DNA of 22,364 nt from Octopus sinensis (GCF_006345805.1 NW_021836923.1:1-22364); one strand, 5' to 3'; counted from the stretch's first letter, positions 1 to 9,350 are shown. The notes: generated from the sequence alone by a model not told the origin. Numbers and translations are program-made.

Positions 1-94
1 CTCTCACATGAGAGCGATCGGATGAACAATACTCGAGTTATAAGCGCATAAACAGACAGACAGACAGACGGAACATATTTTATATAATAAGATT
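1..94. mobile_element. Possible terminus of a Lep1/DINE-1-like non-autonomous Helitron-type element
   Basis: CGGATGAACAATACTCGAGTTATAAGCGCATAAA followed by (CAGA)n and an AT-rich end TTTTATATAATAAGATT. This resembles, from memory, the insect Lep1/DINE-1 end architecture. Truncated by the window edge. Confidence 0.3.
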
Positions 95-288
95 TTCACT
101 TTTACTATTTTTGAAATCAGCGTATGATCTCAACGGAAATCTTACAAGCTGACGTGTTTAACCCTAGTCGTTCCTCTATGCTCGGCCCTGTGTAGCCAAT
201 AAAGAAAATAGTCGCAGTGGGAGCCACTGATGAGCGTTAAGATGCATTAAGCACCAGAACACGATATATATATATATATATATATATA

Positions 289-473
289 ATGTAACTACAG
301 ATGAATCGTTGGCGATTTTTTCCTCCGTTTCCTGTTTCTGACTAAGTGCTTTGCTCGAAATGTAAAACCACCGCTCTTTCCATCCCTGAACGTCTGCTAA
401 TACTTTGCATATCCCACGTCCTCGCGTTGTTGTATTTTTCTTGTGTTTTTTTGGTTCGTTTTTTTTTATTTAC
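289..473 (+). mobile_element. Penelope-like element (PLE) terminal fragment with a degenerate hammerhead-like motif
   Basis: Bounded by (TA)n on both sides. Contains CTGACTAA-GTGC-TTT-GCTC-GAAA-TGTA at 338-364 followed by a pyrimidine-rich tail. Related to 8325-8480 and 14940-15115. Confidence 0.5.
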
Positions 474-631
474 TATATATATATATATACACGGAATTTC
501 AGAATATCTAGGACCAGTAAACAACTATTTCACATTATATAGAAAGCGATATACTAATCAGTTGAATGACCTGAAGCACTTTCTTTCGGAGTTATCTGTT
601 GACGAAATGTGAGCAGAGAAGCAATTTCAGG

Positions 632-741
632 GGAGGGGCTCAGTCGAATAGATCGATCCCAGTGCTCAACAGGTCCTTATTTTATCGACCCTGAAAGGAT
701 GAAAGGCAAAGTTGACCCCGGCAGAATTTGAATTCAGGACG
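632..741 (-). mobile_element. tRNA-derived SINE family A, partial degenerate copy
   Basis: Reverse complement of the family A body (GAGTTCAAATT B box; GCCTTTCATCCTTTC central domain). Confidence 0.8.
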
Positions 742-789
742 TTTTCCGCTAAACAGTTTTCCCTGAATACTAATTATTCTTCTCTACTT

Positions 790-951
790 TTCTACTCTAG
801 GCACAAGGCCCGAAATTTTGGGGGAGGGAGCCAGTCGATTAGATCGACTCCAGTACGCAACTGATACTTAATTTATCGACCCCGAAAGGATGAAAGGCAA
901 AGTCGACCTCGGCGGAATTTGAACTCAGAAAGTAAAGACAGACGAAATACC
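790..951 (-). mobile_element. SINE family A, A2-tail variant, headless
   Basis: Family A body with the alternative tail (...CCCCCAAAATTTCGGGCCTTGTGCCTAGAGTAG). In element orientation it begins at GGTATTTCGTCTG. Confidence 0.85.
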
Positions 952-1179
952 TATTTCTTTACTACCCACAAGGGGCTAAACACAGAGGGGACAAACAAGG
1001 ACAGACAAACGGATTGAGTCGGTTACATCGACCCCAGTGCGTAACTGGTACTTATTTAATCGACCCCCGAAAGGATGAAAGGCAAAGTCGACCTCGGCGG
1101 AATTTGAACTCAGGACGTAGTAAAGACAGACGAAATAAGCTTTGCGCTCGGCCTGCTAACGTTTCTGCCAGCTCGCCGC
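952..1179 (-). mobile_element. SINE family A, A1-tail variant, near full length
   Basis: Head GCGGCGAGCTGGCAGAAACGTTAGC, B-box-like motif, central domain and tail ...GTGGGTAGTAAAGAAATA. Confidence 0.9.
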
Positions 1180-1289
1180 TGTATTATCACTCCTTGCATT
1201 TGTTTGTTTAAAACAACCACCATTTTTGAAGTTTCTATTTATCGCGTTTGTGTCATTTTAGTTGGCGCACTGGTTGTTGTTATTGCTAT

Positions 1290-2110
1290 TGAATTATTGT
1301 TGCTTTTGTTGTTGTTACTGTCGTCTTGTTGCTGCTTCTGTTGTTGCACCGTTGTTAACGTCGCCATCTTCGGAGTCGTTGCTATTATCGATATCGTCGT
1401 CTATCACCATCGACGTCTTCATTTGCCGTCGTCGTTGTCGTCTTCATCTACATAATGGACGTCGTCCTCCGTCGACGTCGTTGCCGTCGTCTACGTCTTC
1501 GTCATCGTCATTGTCGACGTCGCCGTCCTCTTTGCCGTTATCGCCGTCAACTTCATCGTCGTCATCGTCCTCCACCATCGTCGTCGTCGTCGTCGCCATC
1601 GTCGTCCGTTGTCATCATCAACCGTCGTCGCCACCGTCGCCACCGTCGTCGTCGTCGCCATCTTTGTGCGTTATCATCATCTACTGTCGTCGTTGTCATC
1701 GTCGTCCGTCGTCATCATCCACTTTCCTCGTCATCATCCACGTCGTCGTCGTCGTCACCATCGCCGTCGCCATCGTCCTTCGTTATCATCATCCACCGTC
1801 GTCGTTACCATCGTCCTCCGTCGTCATCGTCACCATCATCCACCGTCATCATCGCCGTCGTCGTTGTCGCCGTCGCCATCGTCCTCCGTTGTCATCATCC
1901 ACCGTCGTCGTCATCATTGTCGTCCATTTTCATCATCCACGCTTGTCGTCGCCATCATCCTCCGTCGTCGTCGTTGCCTTTGTAGTCCGTTGTCATCATC
2001 CACCGTCATCGCCGTCGCCATCGTCCTCCGTCGTCACCATCGCCCTCCGCCATCCTCCGTCATCCTCCGTCGTCCTCCGTCGCCATCGTCGTCCGTTGTC
2101 GTCTTCGGTG
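1290..2110. repeat. Cryptic (TCG/TCA/CCG) trinucleotide low-complexity tract
   Basis: Degenerate CGT/CAT repeats that hold all three + frames open as low-complexity Ser-, Arg/His- and Val-rich ORFs. Confidence 0.9.
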
Positions 2111-2385
2111 ATTGAAAGTGCTTGAAATCAATTAAAGGGTGACAAACACAAATTGCAGAATGAGTGGCCGTGATTCAGTAGAATTTAATAATGTCGTTGG
2201 AGCGCAAGGATATAAGTAATTTACTGCATGAGTGAGTGTTTATTGACAATATGTATTTGATAGAGATGCAGACAGACAGGCACACAGAGAGAGATATACG
2301 TGTTTTTCAGACGCCGGGAAGGAGAAGAAGAAAGCAGAGGGAAGAGAAACAGGGTGAGAAAGTTAGGGTAAGAAACACACGCGCA

Positions 2386-2428
2386 GATACACACACACAC
2401 ACACACGCACGCACGCACACACACACGC

Positions 2429-2470
<42 letters not shown>

Positions 2471-2472
2471 AC
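2386..2472. repeat. (CA)n microsatellite
   Basis: Directly visible. Confidence 0.95.
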
Positions 2473-2571
2473 AAAGCACTGGATTAACCATCAAGCAAAA
2501 TAAGCACGTGCATCAAGGGAAGGAGAGGGCACCACAGAAATGGTCAGCGGTAAATGGTTTACGGCACAAAT

Positions 2572-2898
2572 AAGGCGGCGAGCTGGCAGAAAGGCGGCGA
2601 GCTGGCAGAAAGGCGGCGAGCTGGCAGAAAGGCGGCGAGCTGGCAGAAAGGCGGCGAGCTGGCAGAAAGGCGGCGAGCTGGCAGAATCGTTAGCACGTCG
2701 GGCGAAATGCTTAGCGGTATTTCGGCTGCCGTTACGTTGTGAGTTCAAATTCCGCCGAGGTCGACTTTGCCTTTCATCCTTTCGGGGTCGATAAATTAAG
2801 TACCAGTTACGTACTGGGTCGATATAATCGACTTAATACCTATGTCTGTCCATGTTTGTCCCCTCTATGTTTAGCCCCTTGTGGGTAATAAAGAAATA
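2572..2898 (+). mobile_element. SINE family A (A1) with a six-fold amplified 5' end
   Basis: Six copies of the 19-bp head unit, then TCGTTAGCACG, B box GAGTTCAAATTCC, central domain and tail AAAGAAATA. Confidence 0.92.
2574..2686 (+). repeat. 19-bp tandem repeat x6 (GGCGGCGAGCTGGCAGAAA)
   Basis: Unit starts at 2574, 2593, 2612, 2631, 2650 and 2669, with no spacers. Confidence 0.95.
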
Positions 2899-2923
2899 GG
2901 TAGTGGCTAAAATGAATCACTTT

Positions 2924-3240
2924 AAACTTGCTAAAATAATATTCGAGATGCCTTCATCTCTACTAAGTATAAATGAAGATGTGTTACCTGAGAATAATTT
3001 TTAGGATCTGATCAAAGACTTTGCAATTCAAAAAAGTAGGAGGAAACTTTTCAAATATAAATAAAGTGGAAGTATACAAAAATAAACATTATTTTCCCTT
3101 TTACTGTTTTGTTTCGGTTTGAGAAATAAAAATTTATTTCATGGTTTGTTATTGTTTATATTTTGAATTACATAAGCTTTTATGGGGGCACCAAAATCTT
3201 TTAAGGGCTTAGGGAATCGATGGGTCTTAATCCGGCCCCG
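2924..3240 (+). mobile_element. hAT DNA transposon 3' remnant (C-terminal dimerisation-domain fragment plus TIR)
   Basis: 2924-3064 translates KLAKIIFEMPSSLLSINEDVLPENNF*DLIKDFAIQKSRRKLFKYK*, similar to hAT C-termini (LLSIE.D....F.DLI.DFA..KSR). The end GGTCTTAATCCGGCCCCG is the reverse complement of a CAGGGCCGGATTAAG-type TIR. Confidence 0.75.
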
Positions 3241-3386
3241 CACACACGCACGCACACATACACGCAGTGTGTCTGTGTGTATGCATTTATGATTATCGCC
3301 CAATACCGCTTCACAACCATAGTTGGTTTGTTTACGTTCTCGTAGCTCAACGGTTCGACAAAAGAAATCTACGAGTGAAACAAGTG

Positions 3387-3416
3387 ATATATATATATAT
3401 TATATATATATATATA

Positions 3417-3462
<46 letters not shown>
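3387..3462. repeat. (TA)n microsatellite
   Basis: Directly visible. Confidence 0.95.
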
Positions 3463-3463
<1 letters not shown>

Positions 3464-3580
3464 TCCCTTATATATTAGCCAGCGGGTGGCGTCATTTGAA
3501 GGCTAAAATAATGCGAAGCGCATTGTGAACAGCGATGTGTAACAACATCTGATAGCCTGGTCGGTCACGTGATCACGTGA
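3463..3580. mobile_element. Short unclassified (TA)n-bounded interspersed element
   Basis: About 120 bp of complex sequence between two (TA)n tracts, ending in TCACGTGATCACGTGA. Repetitiveness elsewhere in the genome is inferred, not shown here. Confidence 0.35.
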
Positions 3581-3608
3581 TATATATATATATATATATA
3601 TATGTTGT

Positions 3609-3799
3609 AGGCGTAGGAGTGGCTGTGTGGTAAGTAGCTTGCTTACCAACCACATGGTTCCAGGTTCAGTCCCACTACGCGACACCTTGGGCAAGTGTCT
3701 TCTACTATAGGCTCTAGCCGACCAAATCTTTGTGAGTGGATTTGGTTGACGGAAACTGAAAGAAACCCCTCGTATATATGTATATATATATAGATATAC

Positions 3800-3896
<97 letters not shown>

Positions 3897-4026
3897 TGTG
3901 TCTGTGTTTGTTCCCCCAACATCGCTGGTGTGTTTACGTCCACATAACTTTGAAAAAGAGACCGATAGAATAAGTACTAGGTTTACAAATAAGTCAAAAT
4001 GACTGAAACCAGTAAAAGAATAAAAG
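3609..4026 (+). mobile_element. tRNA-derived SINE family B with internal (TA)/(TG) microsatellite
   Basis: Head GGCGTAGGAGTGGCTGTGTGGTAAG...GGTTCAGTCCC, then CCTTGGGCAAGTG (CORE-like), TTGTGAGTGGATTTGGTTGACGGAAACTGAAAGAA, (TG)n and an AGTAAAAG-type tail. Confidence 0.9.
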
Positions 4027-4077
4027 AATATATGTATGTATGTATGTATGTACACACACACACACACACACACCCAC

Positions 4078-4121
<44 letters not shown>

Positions 4122-4394
4122 CATTCACATGCATACATGCTTAAATAATTATATCTATCCAATGGTATTTTAACTGAATAATTTGCACGCAATTATTTAT
4201 AGCTTTATCTACTTCGAGTTCAGCCATTAAAATCGAATTATTTAACGTCTCTCGAATTTTCTAAATTCCTATAAATGTATACATACATACATACATACAT
4301 ACATACATACATACATACATACATAAGTACGTGCGCGCGCCTGCACATACATGCATACTTCACTATCATATAATATAAGATGGTTTTCAGCTTA

Positions 4395-4626
4395 AGGCGG
4401 CGAGCTGGCAGAAACGTTAGCACGCCGGGTGAAATGCTTAGCTGTATTTCGTCTGCCGTTACGTTCTGAGTTCAAATTCCGCCGAGGTCGACTTTGCCTT
4501 TCATCCTTTCGGGGTCGATAAATTAAGTACCAGTTACGCACTGGGGTCGATGTAATCGACTTAATCCGTTTGTCTGTCCTTGTTTGTCCACTCTATGTTT
4601 AGCCCCTTGTGGGTAGTAAAGAAATA
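4395..4626 (+). mobile_element. SINE family A (A1), full length with 13-bp TSD
   Basis: TSD GGTTTTCAGCTTA at 4382-4394 and 4627-4639. A-box-like TGGCAGAAACG and B box GAGTTCAAATTCC. Confidence 0.95.
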
Positions 4627-4901
4627 GGTTTTCAGCTTACCGAGTGTAGCAAATACGATAGATTTTCACATACATAATAGAGTGAGCGGGAAAACGTCGA
4701 TTGAAATTAGCAAAAACAGGCGCCTGAAGGGAAGTATTTATAATCCATATTTTAAAAAGGAGCAAATAATTCATCGTACTGGTCTGGTCTGTTGATTCTT
4801 TTCAGATTTTAAATACATGGCTTAATGGGAATTTAAATAATAATTGTTATATACATGGGCTGATGTTACAAATATGGAAAAATTTCCGAATTGGAGTGTA
4901 T

Positions 4902-5125
4902 ACTCTTTTACTCTTTTTTACTCTTTTACTAGGTTCAGTCATTTGACTGCGGCCATGCTGGAGCACCGCCTTTAGTCGAGCAAATCGGCCCCAGGACTTA
5001 TTCTTTGTAAGCCCAGTACTTATTCTATCGGTCTTTTTTGCCGAACTGCTAAGTTACAGGGACGTAACACACCAGTATCGGTTGTCAAGTGATGTTGAGG
5101 GACAAACACAGACACACAAACATAT

Positions 5126-5196
<71 letters not shown>

Positions 5197-5369
5197 CATA
5201 TATACGACGGGCTTCTTTCAGTTTCCGTCGACCAAATCCACTCACAAGGCTTTGGTCGGCCCGAGGCTATAGTAGAAGACACTGTGCCCAAGGTGCCACG
5301 CAGTGGGACTGAACCCGGAGCCATGTAGTTGGTATGCAAGCTACTTACCACACAGCCACTCCTGCGCCT
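4902..5369 (-). mobile_element. SINE family B, full length
   Basis: Reverse complement of the family B head at 5369, internal (TA)n, and a repeated (GAGTAAAA) tail at 4902-4930. Confidence 0.92.
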
Positions 5370-5818
5370 ACTTAAAATTTTTTTTTTAATTTTATATAGA
5401 AAAGAAATAAGTGGAAATTTTTTTTATTTGTGCGAAAAAGAAAAAAAATAAGAAAAAGGTGTGGAGAGACAGAAAACAAAGAAGAAAATACTTGATAATC
5501 GCAAATCTCTCTCCCACCATAACCACCACCACCCAACTTTAAATCTAACGCTAACACCATCCCGACCAGCATAAAAAAAAAACAATTATTCTGCATTGTT
5601 GAACGAATGCTCTATAAAATAATACGCTTAACAATTATTTCCCACCGAATTCTGATCTGATCCAAACAACGATTTTTCACAACGTTGCCTCATATAATTG
5701 AGGAAATACCGTCTTGGCAGTTTGTTTGGAAACGTCTTGTTTTTTGGGTTTTTTTAAAGTCATTTCGTTCTTTGTTTACATTTATTTTATTTGTTATTTT
5801 GTATTATCATTTTTCTTT

Positions 5819-5850
<32 letters not shown>

Positions 5851-5906
5851 ATTTTTCTTGAAATTAAATTAATTTTTTTAAAGCATTTGATTTCCCTGTG
5901 TGCATA

Positions 5907-5907
<1 letters not shown>

Positions 5908-5963
<56 letters not shown>

Positions 5964-6066
5964 GATGATGATGATGATGATGACGATGACGATGACGACG
6001 ACGACGACGACGAGGACGACGACGACGATGATGATGATGATGATGATGATGATGATAATAAGGATA

Positions 6067-6127
<61 letters not shown>
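5908..6127. repeat. Compound microsatellite (AAT)-(GAT)-(GAC)-(GAT)-(AAT)
   Basis: Directly visible. Confidence 0.95.
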
Positions 6128-6129
<2 letters not shown>

Positions 6130-6277
6130 TAGTTATTTTATTTATTTACTTCAAGGGTGACGAGTGAGAAGCTGTTGATGAGACACGTTACAAAACGGGA
6201 TGGGAATTTACACTAAAATTAAATTAATTAAAATAATTATCGTCGTCGACGTCGTCGTCGTTGTCGTCCTTATTTTC

Positions 6278-6400
6278 ACGTCTATTTTAACATGCTTGCA
6301 AGGATCAGACGGAATTTCTTGATGCAGGTTTTTCTACAGCCGGATGCCTTTTATGTCACCAACCATTCACCTATTTCCAGGGTAAGTAATTAATATCTCC
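6278..6400. mobile_element. Degenerate retroposon fragment (RTE/SINE-like 3' region)
   Basis: CCGGATGCCTTTTATGTCACCAACC resembles the CCGGATGCCCTTCCTGTCGCCAACC motif of invertebrate LINE/SINE 3' regions (recalled). Confidence 0.45.
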
Positions 6401-6490
6401 CTTTGGAAGGTTTTTGGCCTCTAAGGTTACTTGTCGTAGTCCGATGTCAGGAATTTTTTTCCAACAGTTTAATCTGTTGCGTGCATATGC

Positions 6491-6553
<63 letters not shown>

Positions 6554-6713
6554 TTCACATTTTGACACAAGGCCAACAATTTTGAGGGAGGTATAAGCCG
6601 ATTACATCGATCCAGTGTTCAACTGGTACTTTTTTTAACGACCCCAAAAGGATGAAATGTAAAGTCAACCACGGCGGAATTTGAACTCAGAACGTAAAGA
6701 CGGACGAAATACC
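6554..6713 (-). mobile_element. SINE family A, A2-tail variant, headless
   Basis: Family A body with the A2 tail running into an (AAT)n tract. Starts at GGTATTTCGTCC in element orientation. Confidence 0.85.
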
Positions 6714-6944
6714 TATTTCTTTACTACCAACAAAGGGTTAAACACAGAGAGAGCAAACAAGGACAGACAAACGGATTAAGTCGATTATATCGACCCCAGT
6801 GTGTAACTGGTACTTATTTAATCGACCCCGAAAGGATGAAAGGCAAAGTTAACCTCGGCGGAATTTGAACTCAGAACGTAACGGCAGACGAAATACCGCG
6901 AAGCATTTCGCCCAGCGCGCTAATGATTCTGCTAGATCGCCGCC
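6714..6944 (-). mobile_element. SINE family A (A1), full length
   Basis: Head, body and A1 tail are all present. Confidence 0.9.
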
Positions 6945-6982
6945 ATAACAATAATAATAATCATAATAATAATAATAATAAT

Positions 6983-7187
6983 CCTTTCTACTCTAGGCAC
7001 GAGGCCTGCAATTCTTGGGGGAAGAGGACTCATCAACCCCGGTACTTGACTGGTATTTATTTCATTTGCCCCGGAAGTATGAAAGGTAAAGTCGACCTCG
7101 GCAGAATTTGACTTCAGAACAAGCAGACACACAAAATAGCGCTAAGCATTCGTCCAACATGCTACGATTCTGCCAGCTCACCGCCTT
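6983..7187 (-). mobile_element. SINE family A (A2), degenerate full length
   Basis: Head AAGGCGGTGAGCTGGCAGAATCG, central domain and A2 tail followed by an (ATT)n tract. Confidence 0.85.
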
Positions 7188-7400
7188 AATAATAATAACA
7201 AAACAACAACAACAACAACAACAACAACACAACAACAATAACAACAACAACAACAACAACAACAACAATAATAATAATAATAATAATAATGATAATAAGT
7301 ATAAAATAATAAAATAATAATAATAATAATATAATAATAATAATAATAATAATAATGATGATGATGATGATGGTAACAATAATAATAATAATAACTACGA
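7188..7400. repeat. (AAC)/(AAT)/(GAT) compound microsatellite
   Basis: Directly visible. Confidence 0.9.
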
Positions 7401-8063
7401 TTACAATAACAAAATAGGAAAACAACAGCAATTCCCACATTCTCCTGTCAGTTCTCCACCCAGTTTATAAACATGTCTTATCCAAAGATGAAATCTTGAC
7501 AGACTGTATATGTCTTCCCGAAATTCGTTAACACGTCAAAAACCTTCCTGCAATTGAGACACACGATCTTGTTGTAGGTGTTGTTGTTGTTGATGTCGTT
7601 GTTGTTGTTGTTGATGATGATGATAATGATGATGATGATGATGATGATGATTTTGCTACGGTTGCTATTGTTGCTCTGTTGGGCTTATCAACGCTTGCTG
7701 TTTTCGTTGCTAACACCTCTTCCCATTTCATCAAAGCGGAGATGAGATTCTTCCTCCAGCCCCAACCTTAAGGCCACCACAACCACCACTGCAACTACTG
7801 TTCCAATGTCTGGATGGATGGATGGATGGATAGGTTAAACGGGTGGGTGTATCTATCAATCTTTTTATGTAGCTACCTGTCGATCGTTCGATCAATATGT
7901 CTATCTATTTATCTACCGGTCAATCTATACATCTATTGATCTATCTATCAACCTTTTTACCAATCTATTCATGTATCTATCTACCTTTCGATCTATCTAT
8001 CTATCGATCGATCGATCTATTTCTTTGTCTATCTATGTATGTATATATATATATATATATATA

Positions 8064-8142
8064 TTAGTGAAGGGAAGAAATGGAGCTGAACGAAGATTCT
8101 ACAAAATCCTTCTTCGTTCAGCTCCATTTCTTCCTTCACTAA
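8064..8142. repeat. Near-perfect inverted repeat (33/32-bp arms, 14-nt loop)
   Basis: TTAGTGAAGGGAAGAAATGGAGCTGAACGAAGA versus TCTTCGTTCAGCTCCATTTCTTCCTTCACTAA, with one 1-nt indel. Confidence 0.95.
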
Positions 8143-8324
8143 ATATATAAAACTTCAATTACCCGCGCTAAGGCACGGTTGCGACACCCCATGGTCGTGA
8201 CCTCAACCGTGTCTTTTCTGTTGTGATTTTTGCTACCCAGGTATCGGTTAAATTTTGAATAATCCGTAACAAGATAATTCATTTATCCATTTCAATAAAA
8301 ATACATATATATATATATAACAGG

Positions 8325-8480
8325 AAGCTTTACGAAAATAAACAAAAGACGAAGGCAGGTGGAGTACAAACAAACAATTGTATTAGTATGGCGCTCAGGA
8401 ATAGAAATAAAACAAGTCTTTTACATTTCGAGCCTACGCTCTTCAACAGAAAAGAAACACGGAGAGAAACAAGGAGAGAA
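8325..8480 (-). mobile_element. PLE-like terminal fragment with hammerhead-like motif
   Basis: Minus strand reads TTTT-CTGTTGAA-GAGC-GTAG-GCTC-GAAA-TGTA-AAAGAC. Homologous to 14940-15115 and abuts (TA)n. Confidence 0.55.
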
Positions 8481-8666
8481 AAAAAATGCGTGCAGGAGCT
8501 AACGATTCAACATGGCGGTCTGTGTGTATGTGTATGCGGGAGTAAGAGAGAAAGAGAGAGAGACTGTGTGTGTATATGTGTGTCAAAGAGAGAGAGAGAG
8601 AGATGTGTGTTCGTCTATCGCTCAACCAATTGATTACATTTATGAACTTATCAATATACCTATTTA

Positions 8667-8898
8667 AGGCGGCGAGCTGGCAGAAACGTTAGCACGCCGA
8701 GTGAAATGCGTAGCCGTATTTCGTCTGCCGTTACGTTCTGAGTTCAAATTCCGCCGAGGTCGACTTTGCCTTTCATTCTTTCGGGGTCGATAAATTAAGT
8801 ACCAGTTACGCACTGGGGTCGATGTAATCGACTTAATCCCTTTGTCTGTCCTTGTTTGTCCCCTCTATGTTTAGCCCCCTGTGGGCAACAAAAAAATA
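8667..8898 (+). mobile_element. SINE family A (A1), full length with TSD
   Basis: TSD AATATACCTA(T/C)TT at 8653-8665 and 8899-8911. Confidence 0.95.
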
Positions 8899-9177
8899 AA
8901 TATACCTACTTTATGTAGGTAGTGTGTGCGAATTTGTATGTGGTTTGTAAATATCTGGAAGTAGTGCATCCATTTGAATGTTTCTGTGTGTGAGTGTATA
9001 TGTGTGAGTGTGTGTGTGCGCGCACGCGAGGTTGTATGTCTGAACATGTGTGTGTGTGTGTGTGTGTGTGTGCGTATGTGTGGTTGTTTGGGAATCATTA
9101 TTCCAAGCAATTATGGACTGATTGCAACAGTGTTGCACAACTGAGATTCAGTCTCACAAAACGATTCGTGATTGCTT

Positions 9178-9347
9178 ACAGGGGGCTAAATATAGAGAGG
9201 ACAAACAAGGACAGACAAAGGGATTAAGTCGATTACATCGACCCCAGTGCATGACTGGTACTTGATTTATCGACCCTGAAAGGATGAAAGGCAAAGTCGA
9301 CCTCGGCGGAATTTGAACTCAGAACGTAACGGCAGACGAAATACCGC
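9178..9347 (-). mobile_element. SINE family A, truncated
   Basis: Body and part of the A1 tail. Confidence 0.88.
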
Positions 9348-9350
9348 GCA

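Noticed and set aside
1262-2125. 287-aa Ser/Arg/His-rich ORFs
   Set aside because: All three + frames are open because of CGT/CAT trinucleotide repeats; there is no domain or splice support.
2574-2686. CRISPR-like array
   Set aside because: No spacers, eukaryotic context, and the unit is the SINE 5' end.
7430-7800. Possible exon (minus-strand VCLNCRKVF; His/Gln-rich frame)
   Set aside because: Frames are closed by nearby stops, no zinc-finger His pair follows, and the region is dominated by microsatellites.
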